Below, piece by piece: positions 1 through 11,593 of a DNA stretch of 64,000 bases. This DNA is from Octopus sinensis (taxonomy: Eukaryota): positions 3,844,001-3,908,000 of the forward strand of contig NC_043011.1 of the NCBI RefSeq assembly GCF_006345805.1, in the 5' to 3' direction. The notes under the pieces are model-generated. The model saw only the letters and a list, made by a program, of their open reading frames with translations. It had not been told where the DNA came from and did no database searches. The position numbers were made by a program, and so were the translations under genes. The first letter of the stretch is position 1, and the number at the start of each line of letters is the position of its first letter.

Positions 1-86
1 CGTGTATGTATATGTAATATATGTATTTATATATGTATATGTATGTACATGTATATGTATGAGTATATATGTATATAGGTATATAC

Positions 87-166
<80 letters not shown>

Positions 167-167
167 C

Positions 168-217
<50 letters not shown>

Positions 218-272
218 ATGTGCATACATATATGTATTTCTATATATATGTGTGTGTGTATGTAGATCTATG

Positions 273-311
<39 letters not shown>
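1..311. repeat. (TA)n/(TG)n microsatellite block
   Basis: Direct dinucleotide runs; the YIYI/CVCV ORFs here are artefacts. Confidence 0.95.
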
Positions 312-420
312 ATCATCATCATTTAGCATCTGCTTTCCATGCTGGCATGGGTTAGACGGTTTGATTGAAATTGGTAAGCTGGAGAGTTGCACCAGAATCC
401 AATCTGGTTTGGTATGGTTT
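312..420 (-). mobile_element. (GAT)n-tailed SINE-like repeat (family D), 3' part
   Basis: CATCATCAT-TTAGCATCTGCTTTCCATGCTGGCATGGGTT matches copies at 8.3, 41.8 and 53.3 kb. Confidence 0.75.
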
Positions 421-1285
421 CCTTTCCCCTTGTAGCAGTTGACTATGGTGCTGCTACACCAGTCGTTGGGTATGACTCCTTCATGAACAACCTGATTTAC
501 AATGTGGGTGACAAGACCATAACTCACACTGCCTGATATTTTAAGCATCCCAGTAGTGATTCCTGATGGGCCAGGTGCTTTCCCTACCTTCATATCCTTA
601 ATTGTTTTATCTACCTGGGTACTGTCAATTCAGAAAGCTGGTCCCTCAGTTGGGTCAACCTTTGGCAGACTCTCCTCCTCCCATTCATTCTCCACATTCA
701 GCAGTCTTTTATAAAGGCTCCTCCAAACCTTTTTCTTTGCAGAATCATTAAACGCAAGGGCACCATAATCCATGCAGACACATTTCTTTCCCATAACATC
801 ATGGGTTTCTCTCACACACTGTCTTGCAATCTGAAATACTTCAGTTCTTTGGTCCTCACTTTGGTCCTCGCTGAACATTGGCAAACTTCTTTTCTGCTAC
901 TCCCTTGGCTATATACACCTATCTCTTAGCTTCCCTTTTGGTTATCTGATACATTCTCCAGCTACCCCCACTCTTCCAGGCATTCCAAGCCTGTTTCTTT
1001 GCTCTATTGGCCCTGTCTACAGTATTGTTCCACCACCATGTTACCCTAGGTCTGGAAGGGACTTTGCACCAGCCACAAATTTGGTTTATGGCACTCAGCA
1101 ATCTGTCTCGCAGGAATTCCCAGCTGCCTTTTATGTCACAGGACTGTAGCTCCTCCTCCCTATCATCAAATTTCTCAGTAAGGATATCCCTAAGTCTCTG
1201 ACGACCATGTGAAGGGTTCCTAAGCTTCCAAGTCCTTCTTTTCCAGATTGGTCTGGTTTTTGGCATCCTTCAGGCCTCAAATCTA
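421..1285 (-). mobile_element. RTE-type LINE ORF fragment (EN-RT linker and start of RT), disrupted
   Basis: [34 protein letters not shown] (non-LTR RT domain 0/1) and WWNNTVDRANRAKKQAWNAWK linker, with frameshifts. Confidence 0.85.
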
Positions 1286-1294
1286 AAGTCACTA

Positions 1295-1296
<2 letters not shown>

Positions 1297-1335
<39 letters not shown>

Positions 1336-1375
1336 CATACATACATATATACATACATACATGCATGCATGCATG

Positions 1376-1451
<76 letters not shown>

Positions 1452-1476
1452 TTCTTCTTCTTCTTCTTCTTCTTCC
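1297..1476. repeat. (TG)n + (CAT)n(CTT)n compound microsatellite
   Basis: Long CAT run followed by CTT repeats; source of the poly-H/S/I/M ORFs. Confidence 0.95.
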
Positions 1477-2130
1477 TCATCAGCATCATTTTAAACCCAT
1501 TTTACTGTTCAAGTCAGTTCCTATTCACAGTTCCTATTCTCCTGTTCTCTTAGTTAAGTTGGAGAACTATTTCTCATCCATTTTTCCATTTTCAATGTCT
1601 CCATAACTTACCTTGTACCAACAACTTTACGAGGGGGACGTATGCATTTATCAATGCACCTGCTTTTGATAGGCCGTCCTATTCTCAGCAAGTTTCAATT
1701 ATCCTTTTGACTCTGCATTTTTCTCATAAATAACAACTTAACACCTTATGTGGATTGTATCATCTAAGTAACATGATTTTAATTATACCTTCCCTAACAG
1801 ATAGTTGTACTTGTACCTCATTAATTTTATATATTTTTTTATTCATAGTAACACTCTCTTTTTATTTGTTTCAGTCATTACTAATTAGAGTGGTGGTCAT
1901 TATGTTCACATGTGCCTGTGTATATTAGTTGAAAAGGATCCTTGTTTATTGTTGTACTTGGGGATGCTCATATTTTGCCAATTAAACACATCCTGTTACC
2001 TCTTCAGTGACACTCTATCCCATGTGTCTCCTCTTGTTCTTCTAAAACGGATTAAGCAGAACAGGTGGGATAAAGAGTCCTTGAGGAGGTAACAGGATGT
2101 GTAACAAAAGTGCTCTGACAATGGAACTAA

Positions 2131-2163
<33 letters not shown>

Positions 2164-4754
2164 CAATAATAATAATAAAGCTGAAATGAAGACCAAATAA
2201 ATAGTGTGGGTGTTTAAGTGGCAAAATATAGCCATCCTCAACTATAACAATATCTGTTTCAACAGATATTTTCACATCAGGAAAACAAATACATAAATGT
2301 AATCTTTGTTTAATAATGATTGAAGGCACAGCAGTTTTAATCTGACCCCAAAGTTATTTTTTTTTATTTGTTTGTTGTGGAGGAAGGGGCTGTTCTCATG
2401 GCATTTTAAAGGCCACGTAAGACTGCTAAGATTAGTTGTACAGTTACAAATAAATGACTGCAAAAAAACATGTATAGCAAAGGAAACTGTTCTCAGAATG
2501 AAGAACTGGGCATACTGGTTAGTGCAGAGTTTGAAGTTGATTGAGATAAGAGGAGAACATGTGAGTGAGTCAGAAAGGATAAGTAAAAGTAGTACAAGAC
2601 CAAACAGTTCTGAAAAATGAAGGCTTTTTTTAGGAATGGTAGAAAAGAGAGGAGACACCACATTTGAGGTTTGCTAATTAGCTGAGTGGTCTTTCTTTGA
2701 ATCTAGTCAAGAATGTTTGTGTGTGTAACCACAGTGCCATCCTTGACCTGGGAGTAGTATTTCCTTATGAGTATCACCAGAGCTTTGTAGGGACTTATTA
2801 ATTGATGGTACTGAAGTACCTCTTGGTTCTGACCGAAAAGCTAGTCTTTGGTCATGTTGTGGGTGTGCATTTGCTAGGAGAAATATCCATGGTGGGTGGG
2901 TACAATAATGCTTACATGATATACTTCATTGATACCAGATAGATGGAATGTAAATTTGACCCTGCCTAGATTTAAATTCTGAAATGAGAGGAGATAAACT
3001 AAAGACGTTTTGCTTAGTGTTTTACAGAATTTGTTGTCCATTACTCTCAATTATTGTTAAACACTTACAGGGCTCTCTGACAAAGAAATGAATGAATTTG
3101 GGAGGAACGGTTTTCAATTGATTTAATCAACTTCACCTCTTGACTGGTACTTTATTTTATCAAATTTAGAAGGATAAAAGACAAAGCTAACCTTGGTGGG
3201 ATTTGAACTCAGAATGTAAAGAGCCACGAGACATTTTGTCTGATACTCTTATGATATTGATAATCTACCACCCTAAAAAGTAACAAAATATTGTTAAATA
3301 TTTTGTCTACCACTCTACTGATTCAGCAAGTCTCACATCCTTTTGTTTATTACAAATAATTAATTAATTGTTTTCTTATCCACAACTTAAAATATCTTAT
3401 ATTTTTAAATAATACCAATTCCACAATATTTGATTACTCTTTTGATAGAAGTAGGGAAAAGAGTTTCAATAACAGCCATTCTATTTTTAATAAATCTTTT
3501 TTCATTTTTTAATCAATTTCCTTCACTGTTTCTTCTGCTACTGTTATTATTGATGTTGTTGCTGTGGTTGTATTTCACATGGATGTTAAAGTGTCTGTGA
3601 CATTTGGAAGTCTGAGAAATTGTGCACAGATAAAATCAACTAGTTTGTATCCTGAACACATTTATTGAATACTGTGTATTTCTGGATATAACAGAATACA
3701 TTGTCAGCTGATTTAATCATATGGAAGCAGTTCTACTGTTTTATTTCCCATCTAATTCATGTTCCTTTTATATAAGTTGTATTACTCCGATCTTTTTATT
3801 TTCACTCTTAAATTGTTTCTTTGTGAATATATAATGTATAAATGTACATACGCAATGTATTTAAACTAAACATAGACAAAGAAAACCAAAAGTGAATAAC
3901 TGGTATAAATTAAAGAAATATTTAGCTGATGCATTGATGCATTAGCTACCAGGCTATGACCACTAAGATAATGTTTTAATACTGGATGAAGTCATAACCA
4001 TGTAGTTAAAAAGTTCATTTCACACCCATATGCTTCAATTACACTGCACAGCACTTCAGTAAATGCCTTCTACTATAGCTTCAGGTTGACCAATGAATTA
4101 TGAATTGAATTCAGAATTCAGTGGATCTATACATGTTATGTAAGGATATGTACCTGTCTCTATGTTTATGTCCATGTTTATTAATATAAACCAGAATGTC
4201 AAATCGTTTCCTTTTATGTCAAAAACAACTGAGAGACTGACAAAATAAGTAATACAATAAGTACTGAACCAATATAAAGAATGTGAATCTATATATTCAG
4301 CTCAAACCCCTAGAGTGGGTGCTTCAGGATAGCCACAGTTTAATGTCTAAAACCAGTAAAAAAAATCAAGTAAAGAGAATTGTCATTACTTCTTGGAGAA
4401 GTGAAAGATTGTTTGCAACTACTAGTCAATGTATTTCTCTTCACTGTACACTAACTCCAAGTGAGTTGAGATCTTCACTTTATATCCTTAGATTATTTAA
4501 GGAATATTTATTCAGACCCTATTTTATGATTTATAAATTCAATAATGAATTAAAGAGAAGCAAATTTATTTGATGGATTAACTCTTAATTTCCTGTAAGA
4601 CACAGTTCTGCACAGGGCTGCTTCGGTCAGCCAGTCCTGAAATGCACAGTATCACAAGAGTCATATTAATTTTGTTTATATTGATTTTAAAGGAAGTGAC
4701 CCACTCTCAAATGTAAAAAAGAAAACTCTAATCCCTTCCTCTATTATTCTTTTC

Positions 4755-4950
4755 TACTCTAGGCACAAAGCCCAAAATTTTGGGGGAGGGGGGCCAGTCA
4801 ATTAGATTGACCCCAGTACACAACTGGTACTTAATTTATTGACCCTGAAAGGCAAAGTCAACCTTGGCGGAATTTGAACCCAGGACATAAAAACAGACAA
4901 AATACTGCTAAGCATTTTACCTGGTGTGCTAAAGTTTCTGCCAGCCCGCC
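4755..4950 (-). mobile_element. tRNA-derived SINE family B
   Basis: Reverse complement of GCTGGCAGAA..GGTTCAAATTCCGCCAAGGTTGACTTTGCCTTTC; same family at 24.1, 39.1 and 57.6 kb; decayed copies near 3.1, 12.2 and 14.2 kb. Confidence 0.75.
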
Positions 4951-5244
4951 GCCACCCTTCCTCTATTATTAATCTTTGTTTTGTAGCAGAGTCAGCTCAG
5001 AACTTGGATTTTGATTTACAAAATTTTTATCAGGATGTTATAAGTTAATATAGGTCAAGGATGATAGCATTGATTTGACTGTCATCACTATTCATTGCAG
5101 ATTGTCTCATTATATCTGTACTTATGATAAATTTAAAAGCATGCTTTTATTGTATGTTGCATGCAGCTCTTAATTAGACACCACTATAGGAAAAAAAGGA
5201 CACTGAAAAGATTTTAGAGACAATTCCAATAAGGAACATAAAAA

Positions 5245-5646
5245 ACTGACTGTGGTTTGACGTTATCAAAGAAGCTTGAGAGGCGGTTGGATGGAACCTG
5301 CCCTCGCCTCCTTATGAGAGCTCAAAATCTCTCATGGAAGTGCCATCCAACCAAAATGCAAATATATGGGAAACTACCACCTGTGTCATCTCTTGTGAAA
5401 GGTAGGAGAGTCCAGTTTGCTGGACATTGTTGTAGAGCTGAAAAAGAGGTAATTTCTACTCTTCTCCTCTGGAAGCCATCTACTCGCAATACCAGAGGGT
5501 GCACACTCTCCTACCCTGATGTAATCTCCAGGGATACAGGCATCGAGCAACAGGACCTCCGTAATGCCATGATGGACCGTGAAGTCTGGCGTAGCATGGT
5601 AAATTCCATTGTCTCGACCATGGTCGAATAATGATGAATGATGATT
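5245..5646 (+). mobile_element. RTE-type LINE 3' end with (GAT)-like tail
   Basis: TLSKKLERRLDGTCPRLL..QFAGHC.R..LLLWKP..MMDREVWR is the typical RTE C-terminus; homologous to 62.7-63.3 kb. Confidence 0.85.
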
Positions 5647-8287
5647 GCAAAGCAGGAAAGCTTGCATGCTATGTGATGCATGGAGACATCTTTTGTGTTT
5701 TAGGGAACTGTTTTACATGATCTGTGGTGACGGGAAAGGGTCATCAAATATGTAGAGGTAGGTGATTTGGCTAAGTTTTCTTGGCTGTGTTACTTGCTTG
5801 AACTGTTGCAATGCAACTATGAGTAAATCACCATAAAAAATGTGAAGTATGAACAAAAGGGGTTCCTGCACAGAAGCATAACAAATGTGAAGGGAATGTA
5901 ACTTGTCCCTTTGGCTACTTGCCCCTTTGTTTCAGTAATCAAATATGACATTGTGAGGGTGTGAAATTAAAGAACAAATTCACACTTCTACTAAATTATA
6001 GTAAATCTAGCCTTTAGAATGTTTTTGTTTGTTGATAAAATTCTTGCATGAAGCTCTGACCACCAAATAAAAAGTTATTTATTCCAAATATGCCATGTCA
6101 GCAGAAATTTCATCTATTTAAGAACTGACCTGTTAATTGGTATATCTTTACTTTTGCTTCAGTTGTACTGATCTGGAGATTAATAACGTTTTGGATTATG
6201 GTTGAGGGTGGGTTATTGAATAATTAACTTTGAGTAATTGTATTGAGAGCAAGTCCACCTGACAGAACCCATTTATCTTCTCACTCTACCCATGGCGGCA
6301 TCCAAAACTCAGCTCTACAAGATAACATAAATAAATAAAAATTCATTATTGCTGTTGCTGTGTGGTTAAGTCCACTTCATGAGTATATGGTCTTGGGTTC
6401 AATTCCACTGGGGTTCAGTTCCACTGAGGGACATCTTGAGCAAATGTCTTCGACTCTAGCCCTAGACCAACCAATGTCTTGTGAGTGGAGTTATTAGCTG
6501 AAAACTGTATATGTTTGTCATGCATGTGCGTGTATGTGATATGTGTTTGTATGTGTCTATTTATGTCTATCTTCACATTGACATCACTTACAACAAGATT
6601 CAAGTTCCAAAGTGTAAAGGTGTAATAAATAGAGAAAAATTCCAGATACTCAAAATTAACAACTGCTGTTGCCATGATTGTCTAGAGCACTTCAGAATTG
6701 TTCCTCAGAATGGCTACTATCAAATGACCGAAACAAGTAAAAATTAATCAAGATAAGAATAAGAATAATTACACACTATCTTCATTACTTTAAGTATTTA
6801 GCTTTTTCAAAACATATCACCCCATCAAGATTAGGTTCACAGCAATTTAAGAATTAATTTTAATCAGATATGAATAATCAACTCCCTCCTTTCCTCACAA
6901 AGTGCTCACTTTCCCTCGGGTTATATGATACTATCTACTTTAAAGTATCCTATTTTAAATTAAAACCTTTCATCAAGTTTTTCATATAAGAACCTTTACT
7001 TACGAATAAATGAATAAGTTAATTACTCAATCTTTTAGATTCTTGATTATTTTCAAAATGAATTCAAATGAATAGACAGCGTATTTCGTTAGATATATGG
7101 TCCTGAATGCCTAACACTATACATTCTGACAGCAGTCAGAAATACTAATAAGAAACTAGCAGGTGTTATAGATTTTGCTTCATATTTCAAGATAATTCAA
7201 CACTTTCTTTCATTATTTATATTTTTATATATACAATCTTCCAATTATTTATTCAATACTTTATCTAATGCAGTCAAGGATAAATAATAAAACTGAGTAT
7301 TAAATACGAAAAATAAATATAGAAATATTGAACAGATGTTAAATAAATATGTAAATGAATAAATAACATGTTTTACTCAAGAGAAAGAGAGAAAATTGGT
7401 TGTGAATTCATTTCTAGCAATTTGAAATATTCTAAACATCCTTTGATGAAAGATGAAAAAGAAACAAACCAAACAAAAAAAAAAGAAAAGAAAAAAACCT
7501 TTTCCTAAAACACTTTTGCCTCATCTTCAAAAGAATTTTCAAAGATTAATAATAAACAGAAATATTAAAAAAATTGTAGGAACATCGAATGTCTATGGTA
7601 AAAATCAGTAAAAGTCAATTTATGAAAAGGAAAAAAAAAAAAACAGTATTTAATGAAGGTGAAATGATATGCCCTAGGATATAACAATAAAAAATAATAA
7701 ATTATATGAGAAAGTATTCACTGCTGTATAATTAGACACTTTATTAGGAAATTAACAAGTAAAGAATGTGTGTGCACGCGCACATGCGCACATGCATGTG
7801 TGTGTGTGTGTGCAATGATGAAAATAAAAAAGAAATGGAACTTGTCTACCTTTCTTTCTTTACTCTCTTCTTTCCTGCTCACATTTTCTTTGCCAATCTT
7901 TTCATTAGTTTTCCTTCGCTTCATAACAGTAGATGTAAACTAGTTATGAAATAATCTGCTGGGGGTATTTTGCCTGAAATCTTGTTGCAACAAAGTAAGA
8001 ATCACTGGAGATCAGTGGGAATGAAAAGGAACAGATTAATTAGATGAGTTTACACCTGAATCATCAGTTCTTTGAAGGAAATTAGATTGGCATATGAAAT
8101 AAACATTGATAGAATATCTAAAAAGAAGCAGGTCAAAATCAAGATGGCATCATTGCTCTTTGAATATTTGATGCCATAATTAATGATATTCTTTGTGGCT
8201 TGTTTTATGAGTTTGTACATTTACTTTGTTCATAGTACTATGTCCTTATATCTCATATTTCTTCGTGTTATATATATATATCTAACA

Positions 8288-8453
8288 CTCTCAGAGTGGT
8301 TGGCATTAGGAAGGGCATCCAGCTCTGTAGAAACTTTGCCAGATCAGATTGGAGTCTGGTGCAGCATTCTGGCTTGCCAGCCCTCAGTCAAACCATCCAA
8401 CCCATGTCAGCATGGAAAGTGGACGTTAAACGTCGATGATGATGATGATGATG

Positions 8454-8455
<2 letters not shown>
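8288..8455 (+). mobile_element. (GAT)n-tailed SINE-like repeat (family D)
   Basis: GGTTGGCATTAGGAAGGGCATCCAG...CATGGAAAGTGGACGTTAAAC(GAT)n. Confidence 0.8.
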
Positions 8456-8486
<31 letters not shown>

Positions 8487-8805
8487 TGTATGTATGTATA
8501 TAAGTATGTAAGTATGTATGTACATGTATGCATATACATGTGTATGTACGTATGTGAACATGTGTAATATGTTATCTACAGAACATATTACAATTGAGGT
8601 GTCATGAAGCTAATAGTCAGTTTTATATGGAGGGATTTAAACCATTTTGTTTTTAGATTACCTAATGATATAGCAGACATTTCGTGTTAACCCTCTGTAG
8701 TGTAAGATTTGCCATGTGGCTCAAAAGTGTATCATTGGGAACTTCAGTATGACATTGGATTTAAAGAAATATTCTAAGAAAAGGCTTAGTAATGATAGGA
8801 CAATA

Positions 8806-8889
<84 letters not shown>

Positions 8890-9079
8890 TGTGTGTGTGT
8901 CTGTGTGTGTGTGTGTGTGTATATATATTTCGTTTTTGGATTTGGTTTGCAAGATTCTTTATATGAGTTTGTGTGTTGAAGCATATTCTTATGTGTCTGG
9001 GGAGAGTCATTCTCTTTTAGTGTCTTATTATTTAACACACTCACTGGTAAAATTTCCACTTATTTCTTATTTTTATTTT

Positions 9080-9116
9080 CTAAAATTTTCGGTGCGTCTT
9101 GCAACCTTTTCAATAG
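9080..9116 (-). ncRNA. Mirror copy of the U3:A8 hammerhead-like motif
   Basis: Minus strand CTA-TTGAAAA-GGTTGC(AAGAC)GCACC-GAAA-ATTT-TAG. Confidence 0.4.
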
Positions 9117-9134
9117 TCTTGACTATAGCCAAGA

Positions 9135-9171
9135 CTATTGAAAAAGTTGCAAGACGCAACGAAAATTTTAG
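9135..9171 (+). ncRNA. Candidate minimal hammerhead ribozyme, U3:A8 core variant
   Basis: CTA-TTGAAAA-A-GTTGC(AAGAC)GCAAC-GAAA-AT-T-T-TAG; stem II 5 bp, palindromic AATT stem III, stem I only 3 bp. Confidence 0.45.
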
Positions 9172-9423
9172 AAAATAAAAATAAGAAATAAGTGGAAATT
9201 TTACCAGTGAGTGTGTTAAATAATAAGACACTAAAAGAGAATGACTCTCCCCAGACACAACTGTATATATATATATATATAGATAATATTTTGGACTAAT
9301 AGGTACAAGTCAATTAGTGTGTTTAAGTGGTGTATGGAGCACTGGCACAGATTAGGCTACCTGTTGTATAGAATAAAGTTTAAAACCAAATCCATCTTCT
9401 CATTACTTAATATAATTATATAA

Positions 9424-9545
9424 GAAGCTTGCTTCCGAACCACATGGTTCCAGGTTCAGTCCCATTGCATGGCAATGTCTTCTACTATAGCCTCGGACCA
9501 ACCTTGAGAGTGGATTTGGTGGACAGAAACTGAAAGAAGCCCGTC
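9424..9545 (+). mobile_element. tRNA-derived SINE family A, 5' part
   Basis: GCTTGCTTCCGAACCACATGGTTCCAGGTTCAGTCCC (B box)...GAAACTGAAAGAAGCCCGTC. Confidence 0.75.
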
Positions 9546-9557
9546 ATATATTATATA

Positions 9558-9588
<31 letters not shown>

Positions 9589-9793
9589 TTTAAAATAGAA
9601 AATTACCCTTTAACAGGTAATTTTTACATGCTAGAAATAGCAGCCAACATAGCCAAAACCACAATTTAATAGCAAATTTCGAAGTAAATGAAAAATAAAA
9701 ACTTTTACCTTGTTATTATTACCTAGTGATTATTTATACATGCTGGGCCACTGGTGGTGATATTTATAACAAATATTCGCTACCCTGTATATG

Positions 9794-9855
<62 letters not shown>

Positions 9856-10679
9856 AAAGTTAAAAAAATACACAAACTGGAACAAGAACGTGAAACATTT
9901 AGAAGATGACAAAAAAACATGGACGGGACTTTCGAAGCTCATACTACAAAGCACAGCCCGACTAAAGGGAGACCCAAAGGTGAACCGGATCCTCGAAACA
10001 CACACCATCATTAAAAGTAAACGGCAACCAAAATCCTTGAAAAGGATTTTAACCCAAGCTACACTGCACTCAACATCAACCACAAAACCAGCAGTTAGAA
10101 AATGTGGAAGGCCCAACTGCGGAATCTGTGTCATCTTGAAAGAAGGATCAGAATTTATACTGGAACAAGGCCACCAGTTCACCATTAGAACAAACTTCAC
10201 CTGCGCATCAGAAAACTTAATTTACGTCATACATGCGCAGGCTGCAATAGGCAGTATATAGGCCATACAAAAAATAGCTTACGTAACAGGATGGCGGTGC
10301 ATAAATCACAAATTAGAAACCCTGATTACCGCAAAATACCGGTCAGCGGACACATAGATAGATGTGCTGGAAATGTAAATCCGAAATTTACAACTAACCC
10401 GCTCTATAAATTCAGTGACAACGCAACCTTCACACAACGCCAAAATAAAGAACTATATTTCATAAAAAAATTTAGACCAAGTTTAAACACCCTGGGCCAG
10501 GAATACTAAAACAAAAGATAAGTCCTCCGAAAAGGAGAAGCAAAATTCCACCACGGCCGCTACTTCAAACAGACACTCACTCTGACGGAAATATGCCTTA
10601 GTAAAAAAGGAAAAAAATTCTTTCGTGCAAATCTGACCCTGATACATACGATACAGCTAAGGGTCAGACCCGATTCTGA

Positions 10680-11215
10680 TTGGTCAACAAGTTGATGACG
10701 TCTAGCTCTGCTAGAATGGACAGGATACAAACAGGGGACAGTCATTAGTCAGAATATTGATGACGTCCTTTTCTGCTTGAATAGTCACCTAACAAGTACA
10801 GACAGGGGGCAGATCTAATGTAGCTATAAGTCGTGATTGGGCAGAATCTGGATGACGTCCCGTTCTGCTTGACTAACGAAGCGACTGGTCAAAACAGGAA
10901 ACAAACAAGAGGCAGATATAATGCAGCGATTGGTCAAAATAATGATGACGTCCCGTTCTACTTGACTAACAAAGCGACTGGTCAAAACAGGAAACAAACA
11001 AGAGGCAGTTATAATGCAGCGATTGGTCAAAATAATGATGACGTCCCGTTCTACTTGATTAAAGCCACCTAACGAAACGATTGGTCAAAACATTGATGAC
11101 GTCACGCTACGCTAGATTGACCACCTAACAGGCATTATAAAACCGAGCATTTCACAAAAACTCACTAGAACCACCCAGCGAACTTCCACCATGGGTCATC
11201 ACAATTGCTTAAGGT
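10680..11215 (+). promoter_or_regulatory. Putative Pol II promoter in the pLTR: repeated ATTGG (CCAAT) + TGACGTC (CRE-like) modules, TATA, Inr, first exon and donor
   Basis: GATGACGTC at 10694, 10759, 10851, 10944, 11037 and 11095; 93-bp tandem unit; TATAAAA 11136; TCACT 11162; CCACCATGG with ATG at 11191; AAG|GTAAAA at 11213/11214. Confidence 0.6.
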
Positions 11216-11458
11216 AAAAATGAATTCCTCGCTCTTTCGGAAACATCAATCTTCTGTATTGACCGCTTTCCACCACTTTGATCTGTTTTTTGTATTGAAT
11301 ACGTATCGCCACCGTGGGCCACTGCATCGAACACTTTGAACATATACTTCAAACTATATATCAACTATACATGAACTCTAAGATGTCTGACTCCGTTGTG
11401 TATTATAAATGAATTTCTTGTGTTTGACGGCATGAGCTGTCTTTTTTTATATATAACT

Positions 11459-11500
11459 TTTTTTGATCAGGTTCATTTCAGGAACTGAAACATGTTATAA
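11459..11500 (+). ncRNA. Degenerate hammerhead-like motif at the end of the Penelope pLTR
   Basis: TTGATCA-GGTTC(ATTTCAG)GAACT-GAAA-CATG-T-T; palindromic ACATGT stem III; weak stem I and unpaired U3/C8. Confidence 0.35.
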
Positions 11501-11562
11501 TGTATATATAAAAATTAAAAATTGTATAATACAGCAGCATTTTCGAACTTCCTTTTTTACAA

Positions 11563-11593
<31 letters not shown>

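Larger units (their letters stand above)
8992..9259. repeat. Near-perfect foldback (about 133-bp arms), probably Penelope-related terminal repeat
   Basis: TGTGTCTGGGGAGAGTC...AATAGTCTTG / CAAGACTATT...GACTCTCCCCAGACACA, axis in CTATAG at 9123-9128; the arms give near-identical ORFs on both strands. Confidence 0.95.
9880..11520 (+). mobile_element. 5'-truncated Penelope-like element: GIY-YIG endonuclease plus long 3' pLTR-like region
   Basis: KCGRPNCGIC zinc linker, NLIYVI..(frameshift near 10228)..CAGCNRQYIGHT, KELYFIKKFRPSLN; ORF ends at 10509. Confidence 0.85.

Noticed and set aside
1297-1606. Poly-His/Ser/Ile/Met ORFs and all YIYI, CVCV and THTH ORFs across the window
   Set aside because: They are translations of microsatellites; (TA)n, (TG)n and (CAT)n lack stops in several frames
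1612-1678. Minus-strand segment with strong GTAAGT donor (DGLSKAGALINAYVPLVKLLVQ)
   Set aside because: Weak acceptor, and phases do not chain with the other candidates
5703-5756. 54-nt exon-like segment with good acceptor and donor
   Set aside because: Stops in all three frames and no supporting neighbours
10851-11060. 93-bp repeats as a CRISPR-like array or a 31-aa repeat protein
   Set aside because: There are no unique spacers and the context is eukaryotic. The open frame follows from unit length being a multiple of 3; a promoter array explains it better
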